Program-made: the position numbers and the translations under genes
Notes under the pieces: model-generated
What the model was told of the DNA's origin: nothing
The model's database searches: none
What the model saw: only the letters and a program-made list of their open reading frames with translations
From: Coprobacillaceae bacterium
GTDB lineage: Bacteria; Bacillota_I; Bacilli_A; Erysipelotrichales; Coprobacillaceae
Reading direction: 5' to 3'
Assembly (NCBI GenBank): GCA_963675915.1
Contig: OY780959.1
Span: 1-32,000 of the forward strand
DNA length: 32,000 nt
Shown: piece after piece, positions 8,565-16,212 of the stretch
Layout of the letters: each line of letters starts with the position of its first letter
Numbering within the stretch: the stretch's first letter is position 1

Positions 8565-9104
8565 ATGGGTGGCAAGCATACGATGAATTTTATGAAATTG
8601 ATTTTGCCGGTTGTCATCCTGGTTGGTCTTGGTGGCTGTTCAGTTGAAAACGGTTGGGATACAACCAAAGTTTTTGGTTTTTTGGATGAAGCTCCAATGG
8701 AAGCAACGGATATCAGTGATTTTGAGTATCTGGCTGTCTACGATTTGAGTAATGAGCCTGACAGAGCCCCCTTTGATCATCTGGAAATACCTCTTTCCCA
8801 TGCCGGGGAGGGCTATATTTTCAAAATCGAAACTGAGGAACAATGGCCGACATGTTTGTTGTTGAACAATCAACAAGACATTTTAATCGAATATTCCTTG
8901 GTCAATATAATTGATGACCTGATTGATGGAGAGAACGGTTATCAGGTAGGAGATGATTACATTTACCTGGAACATGAATATTCCCGTCAGGAAACCTGGA
9001 ACGATATCACAATGAAGCTCGTATTTTTCCGTGCTACCGTCAATTATAATTACACTCCTCCAAGTTATTCTTTCGAATTTGCGCTATTGCTTGATTTTGG
9101 CTGA
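8565..9104 (+). CDS. Small lipoprotein, paralog of 7916-8497
   Basis: SD GAGGTGG. Signal peptide with lipobox GLGGC. C-terminus ITMKLVFFRATVNYNYTPPSYSFEFALLLDFG. Confidence 0.8.
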   Translation: MGGKHTMNFMKLILPVVILVGLGGCSVENGWDTTKVFGFLDEAPMEATDISDFEYLAVYDLSNEPDRAPFDHLEIPLSHAGEGYIFKIETEEQWPTCLLLNNQQDILIEYSLVNIIDDLIDGENGYQVGDDYIYLEHEYSRQETWNDITMKLVFFRATVNYNYTPPSYSFEFALLLDFG

Positions 9105-9112
9105 TGCTTGTC

Positions 9113-9150
9113 AAAACCCGATTATCCCATAGCAGGTAAATCGGGTTTTT
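9113..9150 (+). terminator. Intrinsic terminator after the lipoprotein pair
   Basis: AAAACCCGATT-15 nt loop-AATCGGGTTTTT. Confidence 0.8.
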
Positions 9151-9540
9151 CCATCAGGAATCTTCTTTAATTCTGATGATATCAAACTGGTCTGTGGTCA
9201 TTTTGGGGCATGATTGAGGATTGTAAGAGCGGAGGAAAATATTTACCACGTGAGTACTAAATTGATAATTTGTAACCGGATTTCTTGAATTTGAGGCCCG
9301 GATATGGTTAAATAAAAGAAAGAGATATAAAGTAATGATTTGATTTATATTGAGAATAAATATTTAACAAATTATGTGTTTGTGTATTAAAATCGAAAGC
9401 AATTATCCCGTTAATAACTCTAAATGTGAGATAATTGTATTTTTATCTTATTTTGAGGTCATCGTGATAGCGGGTCTGAATTATCAACCCATAGTAAACT
9501 CACCTGGAAAAGGTGAAAATATATCCGAGGATGTTTTTTG

Positions 9541-9561
9541 AATAGTTTATGATAAACTATT
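9541..9561 (+). promoter_or_regulatory. Perfect 21-bp palindrome abutting the SD of the membrane-protein gene
   Basis: AATAGTTTA-tga-TAAACTATT, 9-bp arms. It lies 18 nt upstream of the ATG at 9579. Could be an operator or a translational hairpin. Confidence 0.35.
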
Positions 9562-9578
9562 ATGAAAGGATGATATCG

Positions 9579-11345
9579 ATGAACAATCTATCGAAAGTAT
9601 TTGATCGTCTTAAAGGCTTGACCAAAGCAATCATTCGTTATCCGTTGACTGAGGCAATCCTGGTGGCGGCGGCAATCTTGAACACAATCGCCATCAATAC
9701 GACATTCGAATATGAAAAAGAGTTGCTGTCCTTGTTGGTTGGAGCGGTTTTGACCGCGACTTTGCAAGGTGTCTATGAACGTTTTTTCACCAAGGATCTC
9801 TACCGTTTCGGTTTGATGATTCTAGGGGCCTTGTTGACCTTTGGATATTATCTGATTTTACTTAGAGCTCCGGAATTATCAGTTGAAATCATGGTTAGAA
9901 CCCTGGTGGCCTTGTTTGCCCTGCTGATTGGGTATATCTGGGTGCCGGTTATCAAGAGCAATACTGATTTCAATGCGAGTTTCATGGCGGTTTTCAAGGC
10001 GTTTTTCCAGACTGTCCTGTACTCAGGTGTGTTATATGGGGGCGTGAGTCTGATCATTTTCGCAATCAATTATTTGATTGTTGAAGTCAGTGGTAAGGCA
10101 TTTGCCCACAGTGCTAATATCGTATTTGTGCTTTTTGCACCGCTGTTCTTCTTTTCTCTGGTGCCGGTTTTCCTTGGGGAAAGACATAAGGATCTCGGGA
10201 CCGAGGAACTTGAACCCCTTGAAGCAGCGATAGCCAAAGCAACTTATTGCCCGAGATTTCTGGAAATTCTGATTTCCTATATCATCGTGCCGGTTGCGGC
10301 TGTTTACACCGTGATTTTGGTTTTATATATCGGACTTAATGTGACCGGAAGTTTCTGGTCGCGAAATCTGATGGAACCTTTGCTGGTAAGTTATGCTATT
10401 GCCGTAATTCTGGTCTACATCCTGTCGAGCACGATTGACAACAAGTTTGTCAATCTGTTCAGAATGATTTTCCCGAAAGTGCTGGTTCCGGTAGTGTTGT
10501 TCCAGATTGTCTCTTCATATCTTAATCTTGGCAATACCGGGATTGTCCATACCAAATACTATGTCTTGCTTTTTGGAGCATTCGCGGCGTGTTCCGGAGT
10601 GGTGATGAGTATCTTCCCACCTAAACGAAACGGAATTATAGCCGGATTGTTGATTGCTTTTGCTTTGGTGTCGATAGTCCCACCGGTCGATGCCTTCACT
10701 GTTTCGAAAAACAGTCAGATCAATATGCTTGAAGCAGCTTTAAAAGCCAATGGAATGCTGGAAGATGATGAAATCATTCCCAATGGAAATGTGAGTGAAG
10801 ATGATCGGATTAGAATCTCTCAATCGGTATCATATCTCTACAATATGGGTTATCTCGACCAACTTTCTTTCATGCCCGGAGACTTCAGAATGTACAGTGA
10901 TTTCTTCGATACATTTGGCTTCAATGAGTATTATGATTCTGATTATCCAAACGGAGAATTCCGTGATTTCTATGTTAATTATGATTATTCAAGACCTTTT
11001 GATGTATCGGGATACAATTTTGTTCGGACTTTGAGCCTGCATGAAGAAGGATATTTCGAGTCGGCGAATTTCACTGACGGCAGTGAAACATATCACTTCG
11101 AACTTGAAGGTATGAATCTGGTTTTCATGGACAAGGCCGGCAGCGTGGCGATTACTTTCAATCTCGATAAAATTATGACCGAAGTCGAAGCGATGCCAAA
11201 TGGGATGTTTAGCGAAGAAAAATCATTTGAAGCTGAAAATGATGTTGTCAAAGTAAAACTTATCCTGACAAATGCGCAAATTATGTATTATGGCGCTGAT
11301 CGCTCTTATTATGTGGACTTCTTTGTTGCGGTCAAATTCAAATAA
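9579..11345 (+). CDS. Polytopic membrane protein (about 11 TM, DUF4153-like from memory) with a ~220-aa C-terminal extracytoplasmic domain
   Basis: Start chosen at the ATG 8 nt after AAAGGA; the 9549 ATG lies in the loop of the palindrome. Eleven hydrophobic segments. The C-terminal soluble region ends VVKVKLILTNAQIMYYGADRSYYVDFFVAVKFK, like the two lipoproteins. Confidence 0.85.
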   Translation: MNNLSKVFDRLKGLTKAIIRYPLTEAILVAAAILNTIAINTTFEYEKELLSLLVGAVLTATLQGVYERFFTKDLYRFGLMILGALLTFGYYLILLRAPELSVEIMVRTLVALFALLIGYIWVPVIKSNTDFNASFMAVFKAFFQTVLYSGVLYGGVSLIIFAINYLIVEVSGKAFAHSANIVFVLFAPLFFFSLVPVFLGERHKDLGTEELEPLEAAIAKATYCPRFLEILISYIIVPVAAVYTVILVLYIGLNVTGSFWSRNLMEPLLVSYAIAVILVYILSSTIDNKFVNLFRMIFPKVLVPVVLFQIVSSYLNLGNTGIVHTKYYVLLFGAFAACSGVVMSIFPPKRNGIIAGLLIAFALVSIVPPVDAFTVSKNSQINMLEAALKANGMLEDDEIIPNGNVSEDDRIRISQSVSYLYNMGYLDQLSFMPGDFRMYSDFFDTFGFNEYYDSDYPNGEFRDFYVNYDYSRPFDVSGYNFVRTLSLHEEGYFESANFTDGSETYHFELEGMNLVFMDKAGSVAITFNLDKIMTEVEAMPNGMFSEEKSFEAENDVVKVKLILTNAQIMYYGADRSYYVDFFVAVKFK

Positions 11346-11363
11346 ATAATATTATAAATCAAG

Positions 11364-11402
11364 ATACTCTAAAAGCCTCAATTACGGCTTTTAGAGTATT
11401 TG
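11364..11402 (+). terminator. Intrinsic terminator
   Basis: Perfect 14-bp stem ATACTCTAAAAGCC / GGCTTTTAGAGTAT followed by TT. Confidence 0.75.
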
Positions 11403-11466
11403 TGCAGTAGGCATGTACCAAGTTAAAATGGCGACAAAAAATCAAAAAGATCGGAGGTTTTGAAAA

Positions 11467-13572
11467 ATGGTAAATAATCAACTGTTTATGCGGCTTAGAT
11501 TATTGTCTACCCAGGATACCAATCAAGTCCATATGTTCAGCTCAATTATTGACACAATTGGAAAAAGCCTCGATCTTTCCCGAGTCAGAGTATTTTTAAA
11601 CAATAAGAAATCCAATCACACCAAATCGATTGCCACCTGGGGACCGGAAAGATACCAGGGCGTCGAGCTTGATAATGAAGAATTGAAGGGAGTATATCAC
11701 CTGCTTTCCCAAAATGTGGTAATTGAAAAAGAAAAAATCGAGGAAATTTCAGGTCCGGTCTGGAATCGTCTCAACCTTGACGGAGCTGGTCCGGCAATAA
11801 TTTATCCGATTGCAAGTTCTGGAATTGTCTGGGGTTTTATTGCCTTTGCGGCAGAATCAAAAAGTCGGGAATTTGGAGTTGAGGATCGTGAAGTCTTCGA
11901 TTTTGCTGCCAAATTGATTGCCAGCAGCCTTGATTATCAAGAAAATCAAGTTGCCTCGATTCAAAGCTGTCGGAGCATTTTCGAACGTCTTGATCAGTTT
12001 GTGATTGTCTGGTATAAAAACGGAGAAATAATTTATGGCAACCAGTATATCTGCGACCTGTTGGAATATACAAGTCGGAATCTGATAAGTCACAATATTA
12101 ACGATATCACCAGAAATATTTTTGACACTAAAAGCAACAGTCCGATGGAATCGATTGCAACCGAAGACGACTGCAATGTTTCTTTGGATCTGGTTGGCAA
12201 TGGCCGGGAAACAATTTCCGCTGAGGGGCAGATCATGTCAATGACCTGGGAACACATCCATTACTCAATTGGAGTTTTCAAAAAAGTTTCTTTCCATCAG
12301 GATGAACTGATGATGTTTATCAAGATGTTCAAAAACAATCCGTCGCTGATCGCGCTGGTCAGTTTACCGGATCTCAAGTTGATTGATGCAAACATCTCTC
12401 TTGAGGATAAAACCGGTTATGGTCTGGAAGAACTCAAAGGCAAACCACTTTATCGAATCCCGCTTTTCACCGAGTCCAAAGATTATTATCCGGTGCTTGA
12501 AAAGATTGTCGAAGAGCGTGAAGCCAAAGATATCGAAATCGAGGTTCACTGCAAAAACGGCAGTATTCTTGAGGGGCTTTTTTCAGCTGAAATTATTTCC
12601 CACAAGGGCCGGGAGTATGTTTTGATGGTCTTGGTCGACATTTCCAAACAAAAACAGATTCAGGCCTTGTACGGGGAGGAAAGAAAACGCCTTAACAGTA
12701 TTATCGAGGGAACCCGTCTGGGAACCTGGGAATGGAATATCCAAACCGGGGAAATTGTTATTAATGACCGATGGGCGAATATGTTGGGCTATGATCTGGC
12801 CGAACTCGAGCCGATTTCAATTCAGACCTGGACCGATTTGATGCACCCGGATGATTTTAAGCGAAGTGAAGAATTGCTCGAACGTCACTTCAAAGGGGAA
12901 ATAAACTTTTATGATATCGAATGCCGCCTGCGTCGTAAAAACGGGAGCTGGCTTTGGGTTCATGATCGCGGTAAGGTGATTGATTGGGACTCTCAAGGAA
13001 ATCCTTTGATGATGTATGGAACTCATTCGGATATTAACAAAAAAAAGGAATTTGAAAAACGGATCAATGAGATCTCCATTAGAGATCCGCTGACCAATAT
13101 CTACAACCGGCGCTTCATTTATGAACAGTTGGAAAAAGATCTGGAACGATATAAACGCAACAATATGCTTTGTTCGGTAGCGATTCTGGATATCGATTAT
13201 TTCAAGGGAATCAATGACCGCTTCGGTCATCTTGCCGGCGATTACATTCTCAAGGAATTCACTTTGCTGATAAGTGAAAATCTGCGTGATTATGATTTGC
13301 TGGGACGATATGGCGGCGAAGAGTTCATTATCATCATGTACGACAGCAACCGCCGTGATTCGGCAACGATTATCGAAAGAATCCTGGATATAACCCGTGA
13401 GAAAAAATTCCACTACAATGGCAATGAAATAAGTTTCACCTTTAGCGCTGGAATTGCCGATATCTCCGAATTCACCCAAACTGATCTGACCAACGAAAAA
13501 ATAATCTCGCTGGCTGATCAAAGGTTGTATGCTGCCAAACAGAGTGGTCGCAACAAGATCATTTTTGACTAA
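11467..13572 (+). CDS. Cytoplasmic GAF-PAS(x3)-GGDEF diguanylate cyclase
   Basis: SD GGAGG. GGEEF at 13312-13326. RDYD (RxxD I-site) sits exactly 5 residues upstream at 13285-13296. Also DIDYFKGINDRFGH, RLYAAKQSGRN and the PAS signature GTWEWN...WANMLGY. No TM segments. Confidence 0.93.
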   Translation: MVNNQLFMRLRLLSTQDTNQVHMFSSIIDTIGKSLDLSRVRVFLNNKKSNHTKSIATWGPERYQGVELDNEELKGVYHLLSQNVVIEKEKIEEISGPVWNRLNLDGAGPAIIYPIASSGIVWGFIAFAAESKSREFGVEDREVFDFAAKLIASSLDYQENQVASIQSCRSIFERLDQFVIVWYKNGEIIYGNQYICDLLEYTSRNLISHNINDITRNIFDTKSNSPMESIATEDDCNVSLDLVGNGRETISAEGQIMSMTWEHIHYSIGVFKKVSFHQDELMMFIKMFKNNPSLIALVSLPDLKLIDANISLEDKTGYGLEELKGKPLYRIPLFTESKDYYPVLEKIVEEREAKDIEIEVHCKNGSILEGLFSAEIISHKGREYVLMVLVDISKQKQIQALYGEERKRLNSIIEGTRLGTWEWNIQTGEIVINDRWANMLGYDLAELEPISIQTWTDLMHPDDFKRSEELLERHFKGEINFYDIECRLRRKNGSWLWVHDRGKVIDWDSQGNPLMMYGTHSDINKKKEFEKRINEISIRDPLTNIYNRRFIYEQLEKDLERYKRNNMLCSVAILDIDYFKGINDRFGHLAGDYILKEFTLLISENLRDYDLLGRYGGEEFIIIMYDSNRRDSATIIERILDITREKKFHYNGNEISFTFSAGIADISEFTQTDLTNEKIISLADQRLYAAKQSGRNKIIFD

Positions 13573-13675
13573 GAAGATTGTTCATTAATTAACAAGTTAT
13601 AATCCTTGTTACCATCTTTGATTATTGGTAAGGTATAACCATAAAATATGGTAATACAATTATGGAGGATTAATT

Positions 13676-14077
13676 ATGTTTACATTAGCAACCCCGACTT
13701 TATTGTTTTCTGCGATTTCGTTGTTGATGATTGCCTATACGTCACGATATGTGGCAATATCGGCAGTTATTCGGAATCTTAACGAAAACCCCAATATCGA
13801 ACTAAATCGGAAAGTGGAGTGTCAGATTGAATCGTTGATGCGCCGGGTTAGATATATCCGTGATATGCAAATAAGCGCCCTGATAGGATTTTCGTTGAAC
13901 ATCCTGTCAATGATGCTGATAGTTTTAGAAGCCCATGCCTGGGTGGCACCGTTGTTTTTTTCAAGTTTGGTGTTTGTCTTTATCAGCTTGGTGATCTGTA
14001 TTGTGGAAATCGGTTTGTCAGCCCAAGCTTTGAATATTTCGTTGGATGAAAATTATTCCAAATGCAAAAGAAGATAA
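13676..14077 (+). CDS. Small membrane protein, DUF2721-like
   Basis: 133 aa with N-terminal TPTLLFSAISLLMIAYTSRYVAISAVIRNL, then a polar helix and 2 TM segments. SD GGAGGA. Confidence 0.65.
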   Translation: MFTLATPTLLFSAISLLMIAYTSRYVAISAVIRNLNENPNIELNRKVECQIESLMRRVRYIRDMQISALIGFSLNILSMMLIVLEAHAWVAPLFFSSLVFVFISLVICIVEIGLSAQALNISLDENYSKCKRR

Positions 14078-14100
14078 GCAGCCGTCAGGCTGCTTATCTA
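14074..14100. terminator. Bidirectional terminator between convergent genes
   Basis: ATAAGCAGCC-gtca-GGCTGCTTAT followed by a T-rich run. Overlaps both stop codons. Confidence 0.7.
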
Positions 14101-14997
14101 TTTTTCAAAATATTCGATTATGTTTTCGACAGCTTGCAGGCCGACCCTTTCAAGCGATTCAGAGGTATTGATACCGATATGGACGGTAGCAATGAAGTTT
14201 TCCAATTTGAGCAGAGGATTGTCCTTGGCAACTGGTTCTTCGGCGAATACGTCGGAAGCAGCCCCTTTTATTTTTCCGTTTATCAAGGCTTCATAAAGGT
14301 CGTTTTCATTTACGATTCCACCTCTTGAAGTATTGACAAGAATCAAATTTTTATTGGCTTTTTCAAAAATGTTCCAATTGATCATATTGGCGGTTTTGGC
14401 ATTCAAAGGGACATTGATGCTGACATAATCCATGGTGGCGAAAAGTTCTTCCAGGGAATCAATTTTTACAAATCCAAGTTGCTTACATTCTTCACTGTTT
14501 TTGCCGGGATTGAAGCAGTAAACCTGGCAGGAAAAGCCGTTTTTCATAATAGTCGCAATCTTACTGGCAATATCGCCACAACCCACAAAGCCGATTTTTT
14601 TTCCATGGACCTCGGTGCCAATTGCCTTCGAAGGGGAAGAAGTTTCATATCTTCCTTCACCAAGGCCGATATTGATTTCTTTCAATCTCCGGCTTAATGA
14701 AATCATGTATCCCACCGCCAGTTCGGCAACCGAATTAGCGGCTACTCCGGTAACGTTTTTGACAGTAATCCCTCTTCGGGTAGCTTCGGCAACATCGATA
14801 TTGTCGGTTCCCACTCCGTGTTTGGAGATTATCTTCAAATTCGGCATTTTATCGAGAGTGGCTTTATCGAGCGGGAAGACGCGGACAATGGCCCCGACGA
14901 TTTCATCAGGATTGTTCAAGTTGTCGACAATTTCATATTTTCCGACCAACTTATGCATGGCTTTATTATCAATGTGTTCGCTTAGGTATATCTTCAT
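14098..14997 (-). CDS. D-isomer-specific 2-hydroxyacid dehydrogenase (phosphoglycerate dehydrogenase-like)
   Basis: GFVGCGDIASKIA (NAD fold), NTSRGGIVNENDLYEAL and DVFAEEP. Start set at the ATG (MKIYL) 6 nt after AAGGAG rather than the upstream ATG at 15054. Confidence 0.88.
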   Translation of the reverse strand: MKIYLSEHIDNKAMHKLVGKYEIVDNLNNPDEIVGAIVRVFPLDKATLDKMPNLKIISKHGVGTDNIDVAEATRRGITVKNVTGVAANSVAELAVGYMISLSRRLKEINIGLGEGRYETSSPSKAIGTEVHGKKIGFVGCGDIASKIATIMKNGFSCQVYCFNPGKNSEECKQLGFVKIDSLEELFATMDYVSINVPLNAKTANMINWNIFEKANKNLILVNTSRGGIVNENDLYEALINGKIKGAASDVFAEEPVAKDNPLLKLENFIATVHIGINTSESLERVGLQAVENIIEYFEK

Positions 14998-15095
14998 GGG
15001 CATCTCCTTAATATGTGATGATACTATTTTATTATCTTGATAATTTTTTGTCAATAATATTTATGCCAAGATTATCGTAAAAAAGTCAGATGACG

Positions 15096-15125
15096 TTGTA
15101 ACGGTTGTCATTAATTAGATATAAT
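15096..15125 (+). promoter_or_regulatory. Putative sigma-A promoter for udp
   Basis: TTGTAA-18 nt-TATAAT, 37 nt upstream of the start codon. Confidence 0.5.
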
Positions 15126-15161
15126 CTATTAAAATAGGACATTTATGCAAAGGAGAATACT

Positions 15162-15947
15162 ATGAAATACGCTGAACAAGGGAAACAATACCATATCGCT
15201 GTTGGCAGTGGCGAAGTGGGTAAATATGTTATTTTGCCTGGTGATCCGAAGCGATGTGCAAAAATCGCCAAATATTTTGATGATGCCAAACTTGTCGCTG
15301 ACAATCGTGAATATGTCACTTATACCGGTTATCTTGATGGAGTCAAGGTCAGTGTTACTTCAACTGGAATCGGAGGACCGTCAGCCTCAATCGCCATGGA
15401 AGAGTTGGTAAAGTGTGGGGCGGACACTTTTGTCAGAGTCGGAACCTGTGGCGGTATGCAGTTGGAAGTTGAAAGTGGTGACGTGGTGATTGCGACTAGT
15501 GCCATTAGAAATGAAGGTACTTCAAGAGAGTATGCACCCATGGAATTCCCGGCGGTAGCTTCTTTGGAGGTGACTAATGCTTTGGTCAAGGCATCAAAGG
15601 ACCTGGATTACCACCACCATGCCGGAGTGGTGCAATGCAAGGACTCATTTTATGGGCAACACTCTCCTGAAATCATGCCAGTGAGTTACGAATTGTTGAA
15701 CAAATGGGAAGCCTGGAAACGCCTGGGCTGCCTGGCTTCGGAAATGGAGTCAGCGGCATTGTTTGTGGTGGCCAGCCATCTCAAAGTGCGGGTGGGCTCT
15801 TGTTTCCTGGTTGTTGCCAATCAGGAAAGAGAAAAAGAAGGTTTGTCCAACCCGGTAGTTCATAATACCCAAAAAGCCATCGAAGTAGGGGTGGAAGCTC
15901 TTCGTAATTTGATCAAAGAGGACCGTGAAAACGGGATAATTGAATAA
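15162..15947 (+). CDS. udp: Uridine phosphorylase (PNP/UDP family nucleoside phosphorylase)
   Basis: [48 protein letters not shown]. Confidence 0.85.
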   Translation: MKYAEQGKQYHIAVGSGEVGKYVILPGDPKRCAKIAKYFDDAKLVADNREYVTYTGYLDGVKVSVTSTGIGGPSASIAMEELVKCGADTFVRVGTCGGMQLEVESGDVVIATSAIRNEGTSREYAPMEFPAVASLEVTNALVKASKDLDYHHHAGVVQCKDSFYGQHSPEIMPVSYELLNKWEAWKRLGCLASEMESAALFVVASHLKVRVGSCFLVVANQEREKEGLSNPVVHNTQKAIEVGVEALRNLIKEDRENGIIE

Positions 15948-15968
15948 TAGTTCAGCTAATTGAAATGG

Positions 15969-16002
15969 GGCCGGATCGGTATAATCGATCGGTCTTTTTT
16001 TT
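15969..16002 (+). terminator. Intrinsic terminator after udp
   Basis: GGCCGGATCGG-tataa-TCGATCGGTC stem with a bulge, followed by T8. Confidence 0.7.
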
Positions 16003-16075
16003 GTTGGCGAATTATTTTCATGATTATCGATCTGGAGATAGGACTTAACTCCTTGATAGATGACGCTCAATAATT

Positions 16076-16108
16076 TTGGCACCAGTGCCAAGTGCCAAAT
16101 TGAATTTT
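16076..16108 (+). promoter_or_regulatory. Putative MtlR operator, site A
   Basis: TTGGCAC-ca-GTGCCAA-GTGCCAA-ATTGAATTTT. A near-identical block lies at 21838-21870. The half-sites equal the TTGNCAC/GTGNCAA half-sites reported for Bacillus/Geobacillus MtlR operators, as I recall them. Confidence 0.55.
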
Positions 16109-16115
16109 GGTTTCG

Positions 16116-16145
16116 TTGAAAACCATAAATGATAGCGCTTATAAT
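16116..16145 (+). promoter_or_regulatory. Putative sigma-A promoter PmtlA
   Basis: TTGAAA-18 nt-TATAAT. The -35 starts exactly 40 nt after the first base of the operator block. Confidence 0.6.
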
Positions 16146-16212
16146 GGAATTGTAAACAAGAAGTACTTGGCCAAAAAACTTCTATTTCGACAAATTCAAA
16201 GGAGAGTATATA

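Noticed and set aside
9440-9540. c-di-GMP (GEMM-I/II) or other riboswitch in the leader of the membrane-protein gene
   Set aside because: I could not find the conserved GEMM cores, such as the ACGCAAAGC-type segment with its GNRA tetraloop/receptor arrangement. There is also no terminator/antiterminator pair. Only generic hairpins are present, and this needs an Infernal scan.
12817-13521. 234-aa minus-strand ORF inside the diguanylate cyclase gene
   Set aside because: It is antisense to a gene with unambiguous PAS/GGDEF motifs. It has no recognisable motifs or RBS.
16077-16098. TGGCAC read as a sigma-54 -24 element (also at 21839)
   Set aside because: The required TTGC(A/T) at -12, five nt downstream, is absent in both copies. 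The local regulator is a PRD-type MtlR without an AAA+ sigma-54 activation domain. Good sigma-A -35/-10 boxes follow at a fixed distance.
16146-16165. Possible catabolite-responsive element (cre) in ATTGTAAACAAGAAGTAC downstream of PmtlA
   Set aside because: It lacks the central CG and several other consensus positions of WTGNAANCGNWNNCW. I found no better candidate at either mtl promoter.
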